Below the pieces are notes generated by a model. It was not told the origin of the DNA and did no database searches. It saw only the letters and a list, made by a program, of their open reading frames with translations. Below are positions 1 to 12,290 of a DNA stretch of 64,000 bases, piece by piece. The position numbers were made by a program, and so were the translations under genes. This stretch comes from the human T2T-CHM13v2.0 reference genome, Homo sapiens, in the NCBI RefSeq assembly GCF_009914755.1, contig NC_060925.1; one strand, written 5' to 3'. Numbering within the stretch: the first letter of the stretch is position 1; every line of letters starts with the position of its first letter.

Positions 1-1224
1 TATCAAGTACCTTCAGCATGCTAGGGCATGTGATTCCAGCTTTATGGAGAAAATGGGGTGAAATCATCATTTCTTAAGGGTATTATGAGTTCCTTTAGTT
101 TAGGAGCATTTCAGAAATGCTTGAGGCGTGTGAAAGAATCCCATTGAAATTCAAAGGCAGCTGAGGAATAAATGGCCTAGGGTGACTTCAGGGCTATTAC
201 TGCTTGTGCCAGTGGGTGAATTCACATTAAGGCAAAAAAAAAAAAAAATAGTTCGTTCTTTTCTCAAAAACAATTTCCCTTATAAACATCTTAAAATGTA
301 AAATAAATGGCTTTGAAGACTCAGGGCTGATCACAAGCCTATCAAACCACGTGCCCAGGACACCACATGCATGTATAAAGCCACCCCTCCATCCACTTCA
401 CCTCTGTGTCCTATTTTTCAAGAGTTGGCTTTGAATTTAGGAAAATAACGACGTTTTCCTCTACCAGGTAATTCAAGGTAACAGCCCTGGATCTTTCCAA
501 GGCAACTCTAAATCTAGTCTTTTATTTCCAGCCCTAAGAACTAACAGCATGGTGCAAGGCCTCCAGTTATTTTTAAAAGGAGAGAAAACCAGCACCACCA
601 GAGCACAATGGCTCCAACAAACAAATGCGACTTGCCGCCAAACAACCACAGCTTGTTCTTGCTCTGTGAAAACGAGAGTTTGGTTGGTGTGGCTTTTTCT
701 CACCGAGGTGGTGGCATCTCTGTCTCCATTAGTGGTTTCCTGTAGAAGCTTCTGAGAAACTCTGGAAGAGGTGGGACAGCTGGCTGGTGTCACACAGCTG
801 GATGCAACCTCTGCAGGCCTCAGCGGGGAAGCTTCAACACCAGCACTGGCCAAGCTTTTCTTGGAGTGTGTTTCTCTTCTCTTGGGTCTCTTGGTCTTGC
901 TCAACTTCTCCACCTTGCAAATGGATGCACCATTTGAGGGAAGCCAGCTGCCATTCCTTCCACAGTCCATTTTCTTCTTAGAGGGAAGCACTGTCAACCT
1001 CTTTGAAATTAAAAACCAGATGGCTCATCTGGCAAATCCTTCTGAGTCAGTTTCTCAATTTGCAATGTTTTCTTTCTTCTTATTAAAAAAATATTTCCAT
1101 GTTTCCTGATTTGGAAATGTTTAATAAAATGCATGAAAATGGAGAAAAATAATATGCTTGGAAGAAGCACTGTTCCCATGGGAAGCATGTCTTCCACGGT
1201 ATCTGGAGATGGCGTGGCAGAGAT

Positions 1225-1430
1225 GGCATGGGCAGAGAGTCCAACAGACGGGGGTTTGGATCCCAGCCCTGCCACCTGTTAGCTGTGTGGCCTAGGGAAG
1301 GCGCTTACCTCTCTGTGTCTTGGGCTTCACTTCTGTAAAATGAAGCAGTAAAACCTTGCACGGGACTAGTGAAAAATATAAAACTCTGCATAGTGCCTGA
1401 CACAAATTTTGGAACTTAGTAAATGAGTTC
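1225..1430 (+). mobile_element. MIR SINE
   Basis: MIR core-like: gggtttggatcccagccctgccacctgttagctgtgtggcctaggg...ctctctgtgtct...ctgtaaaatg, ending gtgcctgacaca...ttagtaaatg. Confidence 0.7.
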
Positions 1431-3986
1431 ATTTGGTCAGCAATAGGAATGAGCCCCCTCCTGTGTGCCTGGCTTGGTGCCTACTTGGGAACTTAGAGTT
1501 CTAGGAAGAAGGCAGACACCAAGCAACACCAAGGCAAAAAAGGGCCGCGTTACAATGGAGACAAGTGACGCCAAGTTGGGGCACGGGGCCACTGCGCAGG
1601 GGACACACAGCTATCTCAGAGGAGCAGGTATGGGTTGGGATGACAGTGCTGCGGGTGGAGTGGCAGGCTCAGGAGAAGGCTGAGGTGAGTTGGAGGGAGA
1701 AGCAGGGCGGGGAAAGAACTCTGAGCATCTTCTCAAAGTTGCCAGTGCTGGGGTTTAATAAGCAGAACCCCGTGAACTCACAGGCACAGCTGGCCTGCAC
1801 TGTTACTCTTGCCCCAAACCCCTCCATCTTCTTCCTCCTTCTCCTCTATTTTTCCTGCCTTTGCCCCTCTCTGTTCTTTCTTCTTCTCTTTCATGCTTCT
1901 TTTTCTTTTTTTCTCCTTTGAAGCACTGTCTCCACCTCCCTCTCATCTCTCCTCTCTTGTTTTCCCTTTCACTTGTTCAGTCTCTCTCCCACCCTCCCCT
2001 GTGAGGACCCACAGAGGAAGCTCTGCCCTAGAGGGAAAGGGTTTCTGCCTCCAAGGAGCTGGCTATCCCTTGGGGACATCAGTCTTTGTTTGCTTCAGGT
2101 TGATTTTGCTTAATCAGCAAACTTGCATTTTGCACCCACTGGGTGGCCAGATACAGATGGCATCAAATGTCACCAGGCAGAATCCTGTGCTGTAAAGTGG
2201 GGAGGGTAACATCTGGAGTAGGTGCATGGGTCCCCCCAACGTGGGACATCTCTGGAGGGGTGGCAGGTAAACTAAGCTCAACCGATCCCCAACTCTGCTC
2301 ATTACCTGCCCTCTCCCTGCTGCCCAGGTCCCCTGCAACCCCGGCCCTCTTCCTCCTGCACCTCCTATTCGTGGGCAGTCCCACCAGCTATCCAGCCAGC
2401 CACACTAGGACACCAGACACTGTTCCTGAGCTTCCTCCCCATCACTCCACATCCAGTGAGTCAGTCCGGTGGAGGTTGGCTCCTCTAGCTCTCTCAAAAC
2501 TGCCCTTGCTCTTCATCCCAGCCACCACTGTACCCAGGGGTGGTGGGGGCAGCATTCTGTTACTACAGCAGCCTCCCCAGCTGGTGTCCCGTCTTCCCCT
2601 CAAATCCCCCTTCCACACTGCAGCCAGGGAAATCTTTCTGAAACTCCAGACCCTCCCCTGCTCCCAATCTACCAGTGGCTCCCCCTCTCCTAGGTGTGGG
2701 AAGAGGAGAGGGGACGTTCTCAGCCTCTGCACAGCGACACACTGGGGTAGACAAACAGTCTCTCTGGGGCTAATAGTAGTTGAAGGATTGACATTTGTGA
2801 ACGATTTATTTTTTTTGTTATGGCAGTTTCAAGGCTATCCTGTGATAATATCACTCTCGCTATCTGGTACTCTGATTTGCTTTCTTCAGTGGAAAGGAAG
2901 GGCCGGGACTCCAGCTAGCCTGATGGAAATGATTTATAACCTGGGGCACACCCACAGCAGAAGTCGGCTGTCTGAATATCATCTCTCCTGCATCGCTGGA
3001 ATCAAAGAAACAAGTACATAAATAAGGTTGGAAACTGTTGGCTGATAGAAGAGTCATTCCAAAATCCTTAGGCTGGTGAAAAAGGCCCGTGCCTGCTCCT
3101 GTAGCGTTGAGTGCACTGCCGCATCTTATGACACCCCAGCAAGCAACTGCTTATTCTCTCCTCCAATCCATGCTCCCCCACCTCCGAGCTTCCCTCATGC
3201 TGGCCCCTCTGCCCGGAGGCCCCTTAGGCCTAGGAAATCACCTCCTCCGGAAAGCCGTCCCGGATCAAGTGCCCTCTGTGGAGCCCCTTCTTCCCCATTC
3301 TCCCTCACTTCTCACCACCGGCTCTTGGCCATCTCCACCCCCAGCACCAGCCTCCATTGGTTGGTTGGTTTGTCGGTCGGCAGGTGCTGAGAAAGCTGGT
3401 CAGAGCTACTGAAGGAAGCTGTGAATGAACAAGGACTTAGGGGAAAGTGACGTTTAAACCTGGTCTCATCTCACTCCCTGCTGTGGGCCTCTGCTTTCTG
3501 TTTAAAGCCATTCTGGGTCTCTGCTTGCTCTCACAGCTGCTGTCTGTCTGTGGTTTTCATTGAGCTCCACCCGCCCGGGGCCCTCAGTCTGCCGCCCGCG
3601 CCTGCAAGCTTTCTCTCTCCTGGTTGAGCCTTTCCCGACATCTGCCATCAGTCACAGAGCGTGACTTGGAAGCAAAGGGGCTTCACAGTTCATCGTTTTT
3701 TATATACAGAGAGAAGAACAACAGTAGTTGGGATTCTTGCAAAATACTTCCTCAAAGATCTTAGAGATGATCTACTTCTCATTTCATTTTATTTCTGGGG
3801 CTATCTCTGTGTGGTAGGTAAGACTGGATGCTAATCTTATTTGAAGAGATAACAATAATCACTATCATTTCTCAAGTGCCAATCACGTGCCATGTGGGCC
3901 AAAGCTTTATGCGCATTACTGAATTTAATCCTCAAAAAACAAGACTCATAACTGTCACTTCCTATTTTACTGAATTGGAAAATTAG

Positions 3987-4189
3987 ACCAGGTGCAGTGG
4001 CTCATGCCTGTAATCCAAGCACTTTGGGAGGCTGAGACAGAAGGATCCCTTGAGCCCAGGATTTCAAGACCAGACTGGGCAACATAGTGAGATGCTGTCT
4101 CTACAAAAAATGAATAAAATTAGCAGGGCATGGTGGTACGTGTCTATAGTCCCAGCTATTCTGGAGGCTGAGGTGGGAGGATCACTTGA
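3987..4189 (+). mobile_element. Alu (AluJ-like), 3'-truncated
   Basis: ggtgcagtggctcatgcctgtaatcc...tgagcccagga...gaccagactgggcaacatagtgaga; stops in the right arm. Confidence 0.9.
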
Positions 4190-4277
4190 TTAATTACTAG
4201 ATTAGGAAACTTGCACAAAATAAAACATCAATTGAGTGGCAGGGCCCGAGTGTGTGCTTGGACTTGCCTGCATCCAC

Positions 4278-4343
4278 AGCCCTGTCTTTGACCATATTGC
4301 ACCTTGGAGGAGCCCTGTCTTTGACCATATTACACCTTGGAGG
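4278..4343 (+). repeat. 33-bp tandem duplication (2 copies, 1 mismatch)
   Basis: agccctgtctttgaccatatt(g/a)caccttggagg x2. Confidence 0.95.
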
Positions 4344-4467
4344 AGGTGGAGACCTAAAAAGGGAGGTGAGATGAGTGGAGAGACTGGTGGGGATTCTCTC
4401 TCTCTCAGGTATCTCATCCTGGATCTGTGTTATAATGAGCCATGCTTCCCAGGAGAGTAAGACAGAG

Positions 4468-4590
4468 CCAGGGCTGCCCTGTTCAGCAGCATAGGTTGCG
4501 CACTGTGCAACTCCAAGGAGTGCCAGTCACGAAGACTTCAATGTGAATGGCACCCCCTGGAGGGAAGTGCTGCATAGGCAGTGCTCCTGG
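4468..4590. mobile_element. MER91-like palindromic non-autonomous DNA transposon (hAT-Tip100)
   Basis: cagggctgcc...ggttgcgcactgtgcaactccaaggagtgccagtcac...gtgaatggcaccccctggag resembles the recalled MER91A consensus, with internal dyad symmetry. Confidence 0.6.
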
Positions 4591-7500
4591 CAAGAGCCCT
4601 AAAGAAAAGACGGGTGTCTTGCTCTTCTCAGTTATGCTTTCCAAAGATAATTAAAGGCAGGCAGCTCCCCAGGCAAGCAAATGTTGTGGAAGGCACACAA
4701 AGCTGCAGCCTCACCTAGGCAGGGTTAGTGTGGGAAGGACGTGGGAATCACCCTGTGACCAAGAACAAAGAGGAACAGCACAGAACAAGTACCCTGGGAA
4801 GGAATTTTCTTGTTTTTGTTTCCCAGAGCAGTGGGGTTCCCAGGGCAGGACGTGGGAGCTCTGGTTGGGCGTCTTTCCCTGCCACAGAGAAGACAGGGTG
4901 CCAAGGAGGAGCCTGGGACGTCAGGGCGAGTGGGAAGAATTCTGACTCAGCAGAGGTTGCAAAGTAGCCCCCAGGGAATCAGAGAGAGAGGAAGATAGAG
5001 AAAGAGAGGGACAGGGATGGAGACAGAGACAATGGCTGGAAGGGGAGGAGTCTGAGGGCAAGGGCACCTGGGTGAGGGTCTGGCCTGAGCATGAGGGGCC
5101 TGAGGACAGGGATATGCACAATAATGCCCTGACCCGGGGTCCCCACGGCCGTGGGGCTTGGGGAGACTACGGGATGCTCCCGGACCACAAGCAGCCTGCC
5201 CAGGGAGTGCAGCTGTCCCTGACCTCTCGCCTCTTTCCATAGGCCTGGGCTACGCAGAAAGGCACATTTCCCTGCTTTCTGGGAGTGGGCTCTGGCCAAG
5301 TGAAGCGTCACGAAGTCTGGGATGGGAGTAGTTTCTCAGGGGCTGGTCCGGCCCCAACTGCCCACAGCCAAGTCACCTGAGCCTTGGTTTACATGATTAA
5401 CTGAAAATTCTGGTACACGTCAGGAATAAAGCTAATTCTGAAGGTCAACACTATATGGAGAAAGGAATGGAGACAGCCAGTCGCACACACTTTTCCCTCA
5501 GAAGGGCCTTTCTTGCTGGAGAAGCTTCTAAAGCCTCGAAGCTGGTGCACCCCAAGCTCTGGAGAGCAGCGGCTGGAAGGGAAGGCTCCAGGCCTGGTGC
5601 TCAGGCCAAGGGCCTCCTGCACCCCTCCTCACCCATTTCCTCGGCCCCAGGAGCAGAATGAAAGAGATATGAAGAGACAGATTGCCTTCAGCAATCCTTT
5701 TCTCTGCCTCTTGAACTGAGAGATTCTTACTTAAGGAAAGGAAGGAGCAGGATAAAGAGATGACCCATCTGGAGATGCCTTCTCACCTGTGGGGTCTGAA
5801 GGGAATAGAGCAAAACCCCCTTCGCATCAACTCTCACAGCTCTGGGCCTCCCTCTCTTCATCTGGGAAGGGTGGGGGGCTGGGTCCATGTGCATTAGGGC
5901 CCCTTCCAGCTCTAAGGAGCTGTAATTCTCAGAGAATGTTTTCTTACCCATTTCCCACACTAGATGGAGAGCTGGTTAGGTAGGGGAGTGGGCAGCTGCA
6001 GCCCTGATCCTTGATAAGGGTCTTAAGAGACCATCTTTGAAGACACAGATGCCCAGGAGGCTTGCCCTAAATCAGCCTCATGGTGACAAGTGTCGTGGCT
6101 GTGCTCGGGGTCTCTGCATACAGTGGGATTCTCCTGGGGAGCATCAGCTCAGAGGCCCAGGACCCCCTCAGCTTCTGAGCTTTCCTGGGGCGGTGAGAGC
6201 AGCCCTGGACACGTGGCTGAAGGCCTGGGCAGCAGGGGCCTGCCTGCTGTGTCAGCTTTACCATCAGAGTCACTGAGTCTTGGGGCTCCCTCTAGCCCAG
6301 TTCACCTCATTCTTTTTAGATAAGCAAATGGAGGCCAGAAAGCGGAGAACTGGGCATCTGGTGTACTTCTCACCACCTGCTGCCTCTTTCTAGCCACAGG
6401 GCATCAGATGTGTGAGCTCGGCAGAGTCCAGTCCCAGGAGAGAGACCCTTGGCTGGGAGCTCAGACCCGCCCAACTCGCGGTGTGAGTCTGGACAAGTTG
6501 CTTCCCTTCTTTGGGCTTTGGTTTCCTCGTGTGTACAATATGAGGATTTGGCTAAAGAAGCTCTAAAGCCCCCTCCAGCTCTAAGTCAGGTGTTTTTTTG
6601 GATCACATTCTGTCCCCCTTCTCTCTCCCACTCCCATTCTCGGGACAACTAGCAGCTGGGCTGACTGCAGAGGCAAAAGCCAGGTGTCTTTCCAGACAGG
6701 AGGCCTGTGGCATCCCGTGCAGACAAGATGAAGCAAGAGTCAGCACCAGTGGAAACCACCTAGCAGCCTTCATCCAGGCTGGCCATGCCTCAGGGAGCTG
6801 CAGCAGGTGCCTCTCAAGTTACACAGAACTTCTGATGGCTCCTAACCCAAGGCTTTTCACCACTGGACACCTGGGGTGCCTGAAATGGGGCAGGAGAGGG
6901 CGTGCCAGTGCCAAGGCTATTATAAAAGAGTAAGAATGGCAACACTCAGAGTCACCACGGAAGCCAACCTGTCTGTCTGTCCCCCTCCCCTGACTCCTCC
7001 CCATGACCCCAGAGAAGCTCCCAGAGACTCCTTCGTCCACTGCATCCCCAGCCTGGCTCTGTTTTAAGGGAAGCAGCCACCACAGAAGATGCTTGTTACA
7101 CGTTGCCAGGCAACAAAAATGCTGCCTGAAAACTAAAACCCACCTCTGACTCTTCATAGGACTGGAAACTGGCAGATGAGAGGAGCCTGCCAGGGAACAA
7201 AGGAGAAGCATCGAGAGGGAAACGATGGAGTTGAGCAACCACAGAAGGCAAAATGAAAGAGCCCAGACAGTTGTGTAAAGTGCCAGAAAGCAAACAGATG
7301 GGGAGGAAAAACTGACTCACTGAAATTAGGAAGACAGACAGAGAGAGGAGGCATGGAGGAAAGTCCTCCGGGTGTTAAGTCCTCGAAAGGCCTCCTTTAT
7401 TTTTTTTCTTTTTGGCCAAATCTGTCATGAGTAGAGATGAGGCTGTTGATAAGGAAGATGATGACAATGATGACGATGATGATTCCTTAGGTGAACTCTG

Positions 7501-9714
7501 GTCTGCTTTTATCCAGTGGGTGATTTTTATTAGATATCCCTCAAGCAATGGCACAATTCTCCACAGACTTTCAGAAAACATAATTATCCTCTAAAACGAA
7601 GATCTACACTGCCATTAGCACCATCAGCTCACCCAAATATAGGGACATCAGCTTGTTAGCTGAAGTGACCTTGGGCTCTGGGATCTTCAAGCACTGAGCA
7701 GATGAAGGAAGGAAGGAGTGATGTTCAGTCTGGACAGCCATGCCCAGCTGGCAAGGGAACCTCGGAGAATGGGAGTGCTCCAGGTGGAGGACTCCGCGGG
7801 CAGCAGCCCTGGGCCAGCAGTGAGACCCTGGCTCGCTTACCTCCCAAAGCCTCCATTTCCTAATTTCTAAAATGGGAAAATTGCTCCTGCCCTGCTTACT
7901 TCACAGAGTGCTGGGCCACAGAGGAGAACCTGTGTAGAATGAATGGCCATGAACGAAGATAGTGCTCCTTATTTATTAAAAAAACAATTCCTAGCCTCCT
8001 ACAGAGGCTGGGCACTGTAGCAGACATTATCACACAGACATGCCCCCTGCTGGGGGCGAGGCAATTAAGCAACTCCACACTATGGTGGGGGAGTTGCCCC
8101 ACTGCTCTTGGCCTCAGTTTTTCCATCAGGGAAATGGAGATAACACCACAAAGCATTCCTATGAGGACACTGCATGTCAGAAGTTTCTCCTCCCTCGGCC
8201 TGTGGTCACCCTTGACTAGGCTCCGAGCACCCGGCTCAGACTCACCTGCCTCCAGTTCTGCATCACGTGGCCTCAGGGACAGGCCGGGCACCTCAGGAAT
8301 CTATCCTCTAATTTCTGAAATAATGAAAAGCCTCCAGACACATTTACTCTCTAAATAAAATGCACAGTTTAAATTATAAACAAGACAATTTAAGAATACT
8401 GGTAACTAAGTGGGAACAATTTCACATGTTAAACTTGACAAAATAATTCTAAAGCTACTACTCAGTTAACTATATTCACATCTACTTAACTCAGTAAGTT
8501 TGACAACATAGATGTTTACTTTATTAAGTTTGTTATACATTTTCTCCAAAAGAGTCTAGCCAGTCACCAGACCCCACCCCACCCCTCGAAAACAGACATC
8601 ATGGCATTCAAGGACAATGAGCCGCTTCTGCCTGTACTTACTAATAGGCAGTGGCTTCCCCCTAAAAATCACTGTTTTTCTAGAACACCAGTCACAATTC
8701 CTTTCCTAGGTACCAAACAGCATGACCTCAAAGAAATTAGAAAATGACTGCACAGCCCAAGCTGAAAGAAAAACTTTGCGTCTTATGTTCTTTCTCCTTT
8801 TGTCTCAACACAGACTCACTCTGTAACACACCTCCCCAGTGGAACACATACCCCAAAAGCCCTGCCACAGGCGATCGGGGTCCCAAGGGCCCAGGCCTCC
8901 TCCACTGCCCTACAAGTCAGGGCCAGGGCAGATCATGAGCCTCCTTGAGCCACCACATCCTCATCCACGAAATAGGGACCGTGGGTTCCCCGTCCTGCCT
9001 GCTCACTTCATAGGGTCGTGGTGAAAAACAGAAGAGGATGTCCAGTGTTTTATGTTTCCCCCAGCTGTTCAGGCCTCCTCTTGTTTGAACTTCATAATCC
9101 CCTGGGAAGCAGGTAGACCAGGCTTACTTCCTATCTACAGATCCCAAGAAAGAGGCCCAGGAAAGGAAAGGGCTCAGGGTTTATCAGGAACCAGCCAGTC
9201 GCAGGCGCTTATTTAATAGAGGGCAGGTGACTTGCCCAGGATCGCACAGCTGGTCCGTTGTCAAGCCAGGCTATGAGCGCACGTTTCTGACTCCAGGGGC
9301 CATGTGCTGTCCCTTCTGTGAGCAATAAAACCTTCCATGTAGGAATGCAAAGTATCATTATTACCATTGTTGCTGATCTTACTAAAATTGAACCAAACCG
9401 GTTTTATCATGGGTTGACTGGAATTGCATGATGGAGGGCCTTGGTCACTAAATTTAAAAATATGGACTTAATCTTCTAGAGGGAGCAATTGAAGGTTTTT
9501 GAGGGGTAATAGTAGGAACGGTAACTGGAAGCCAGAAAAGCTACTTCTGTAAACTGGTGTAAGATGACAGGGATCTGTGTCAGGGAGGTAGCAGGAAGAG
9601 ATGACTTCAAGCGACACCGCAGAATAAGAACCATAGAGCTTGGTGCCTAAATAGAGGGCTGGAAATGGGGCTGGGAGTGGCATAAGGATGGGGAACGATT
9701 TGAGCCTGAGAGAT

Positions 9715-10160
9715 GGTTGTAGCCCAACAGCACGTCTCCTCTTCTTCATTAGTAAGAGCGCCCAGGAAGGAGCAATGATTACCAATAATAAAGACTACAT
9801 TTTCCCGCCATGTGAATGACCAACGGATGTAAATGAAAGTGACATGTGTTACTTCGAGGAAATGTCCTTAACAAGAAAGAAACAACCTTATTTTGTCCAT
9901 TTCTCTTTCCTGATGGCTAAAAGGTAGGTGGGATGGCTGGAGCTCCAGCAGCTTTCTTGAAGTATGAGGAAGAAGCCACGTACCAACGATGGCAGGGCAA
10001 CAAGGGAGAAGGAGCCTGCGTCCCTGATGATGCCATAGAGCAGCATACCTGCTATAGACACCTTTCCGGACTTCTTTGGCGTCAGACAGAACTTCTGTTT
10101 TGTTTAAGCTATTGTTGTTTTGGGTTTCCTATCACTTGCAGCCTAAAACGAATACTAACG
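9715..10160 (+). mobile_element. MaLR LTR (MLT1J/K-like) within an L2 remnant
   Basis: Motifs gatggctggagctccagcagc, gagcctgcgtccctgatga and terminal tgtttaagctattgttgttttgggtttcctatcacttgcagcctaaacgaatactaac. Confidence 0.65.
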
Positions 10161-10498
10161 GGTAAAGTTCCTGAGAAAAAGAAGACACAAACAGAGAAGC
10201 AGAGAGAGAATTTAGGGGCAACATGATGAGTTTGATCACAGATTTGATGCGTGGGACATCAGTACAGGAGAAGATGTATATAAAACTTGGCATGGTGCAG
10301 GGATGTATTCAAGAACTCTACACCGCCACCACCGCCCTTCTAAGTCACTTTTGTCTGTTGCCTGGCCTGCTGCAGTAGCCTTTTTAGTCCTCCTAGTAGT
10401 TTTCTTGCCACCTCCAATTTACTCACAAAGATGCCAAAGTAATATTTTTAGAAGCAACCATATTGTATTACTCTCCTATTTAAAACCCTTCAAAAGCA

Positions 10499-10768
10499 CC
10501 AGGCATGGTGGCTCACACCTATAATCCTAATACTTGGGAACCTGAAGTGGGAGTATTGCTTGAGGCTGGGAGTTTAAGACCAGCCTGGGCAACATAGAGA
10601 GACTCTGTCGCCAAAAAATTTTTGTATTTAGCCAGGCATGGTGGCTTATGCCTGTAGTCCCAGCTACTCAGAGGGCTGAAGTGGGAAGATTGCTTGAGCC
10701 CAGGAGTTAAAGCCTGCAGTGAGCTGTCATCATGCTATTGCATTCCAGTCTGGGTGACAAAGTGAGAC
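10499..10768 (+). mobile_element. Alu (AluJ-like) inserted into L2
   Basis: Full dimeric body ccaggcatggtggctcacacct...ccagtctgggtgacaaagtgagac. Degenerate TSD taaaacccttcaaa (10481) / taaaactctttaaa (11737). Confidence 0.9.
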
Positions 10769-10851
10769 AAGAAAGAAAGGAAGAAAGGAAGGAAGAAAGG
10801 AAGAAAGAAAGAAAGAAGAAAGGAAAGGAAGGAAAGGAAGGAAGGAAGGAA

Positions 10852-10901
<50 letters not shown>

Positions 10902-11736
10902 AGAAGAAAGGAAAGGAAGGAAGGAAGAAAGAAAGAGAGAGAGAGAAAGAAAGAAAGAAGGGAGGGAGGGAGGGGGAGGGAGGGAGGGAAGGAAGGAAAG
11001 AAAGAAAAGAAAGAAAGAAGAAAGGAAGGAAGAAAGAGGGAGAGAGGGAGAAGGAGAAGGGAGAAGAAGAAGAGGAAGAGGAAGAAGGAAAAGGAGAAGA
11101 AGAAGGCAAAGAAGAAGAAGGAGGAGGAGAGGTGGAGGAGGAGAGAGAGGGGAGGAGGAGGAGGAGGAAGAAGAAGGCAAAGAAGAAGAAGGAGGAGGAG
11201 GAGGAAAGAAGGAAGAAGGAAGAAGAAGGAAGAGGAAGATGAGGAGGAAGAGGAGGAAGAAGAAGGAGGAGAAGAAGAAGAGAAGAAGAAGAGGTGGAGG
11301 ATGGGGAGGGGAGGAGGAGGAGGGGTTGGGGAGGTGGAGGAGGAGGAAGAGCAAGAAGAACAAGAAGCCAAAGGCAAAGAAGAAGAAGACGATGATGAAA
11401 AGGAGGAGGAGGAAGAGGAAGAGGAAGAAGAAGGAGGAGGAGGAGGGGGAAAGAAGGAAGAAGGAAGAAGAAGGAAGAGGAAGATGAGGAGGAGGAAGAG
11501 GAGGAAGAAGAAGGAGGAGAAGAAGAAGAGAAGAAGAGGTGGAGGATGGGGAGGGGAGGAGGAGGAGGGGTTGGGGAGGTAGAGGAGGAGGAAGAGCAAG
11601 AAGAACAAGAAGGCAAAGGCAAAGAAGAAGAAGACGACGACGATGAAAAGGAGGAGGAGGAGGAAGAGGAAGAGGAAGAAGAAGAAAAAGAAGAAGAGGA
11701 GGAGGAAGAAGAAGAAACAACAAGTAAATAAAAAGA
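10769..11736 (+). repeat. Compound polypurine tract (GAAA)n/(GGAA)n/(GGA)n/(GAA)n with internal ~245-bp duplication
   Basis: Almost exclusively G/A on the + strand. The motif gatggggaggggaggaggaggaggggttggggaggt recurs at ~11300 and ~11545. Confidence 0.95.
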
Positions 11737-11751
11737 TAAAACTCTTTAAAG

Positions 11752-12290
11752 GCTTTCCACTGCACTTAGGTTCAACCCCACAACATGGCACTCAGGGCCC
11801 TTCACTTTCAGCCTCCTGCCCCCTTCTGCGGCTCAGTCCCTGCCACACCCCCCTTCATCTGTTTACTCTCCTTCCAGTGACTCCTTCCCCCCGGCTCCTT
11901 GCCAGCTCAGGGCCTTGGTGCAGTCTTCTCATTCTTCTCAGAAGGCTCACCCTCTTGGTCTGTGAAGGGCTCATTTCCTCTCATCCTTCAGACCTCAGCT
12001 GAAGCATCACCTCCCCAGAGACACCTCCAAGCAGGCCCCAGATGAGTAGGATCCCAATCCAATGCCATAAATTTTTTTTTAAAAAAGAATCATTGCAAAC
12101 TTCTTTTTTCCACTTTCACAGTATATGTCATAGATTTGAAATTATCTACTTTTTGTTTCCTTACTTGTTACCTGTCTTCCCTGGTAGACTGTAAGCCCAT
12201 GAGGGAAAAAATCATGTGTGTTTTATGCTTTAAGATATATTTAATTCCTAGCACAGTGCCTGGTGAATAGCAGAGCTCCATACCTATACA
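11752..12290 (+). mobile_element. L2 LINE remnant
   Basis: L2 3' motifs: tcatccttcagacctcagctgaagcatcacctcc; tagactgtaagcccatgaggg; cctagcacagtgcctgg...agagctc. Confidence 0.65.

Noticed and set aside
2143-3021. 292-aa + strand ORF
   Set aside because: No recognisable domain, non-ATG start, overlaps L2-like decayed sequence, no evident splice structure.
4278-4343. Repeat of CRISPR-like length (33 bp)
   Set aside because: Only two abutting copies, no spacers, no cas genes, eukaryotic context.
10707-11791. Four long ORFs (250-353 aa) rich in L/F/S/P or K/R/E
   Set aside because: Artefacts of the stop-free polypurine/polypyrimidine tract; low complexity and open in many frames.
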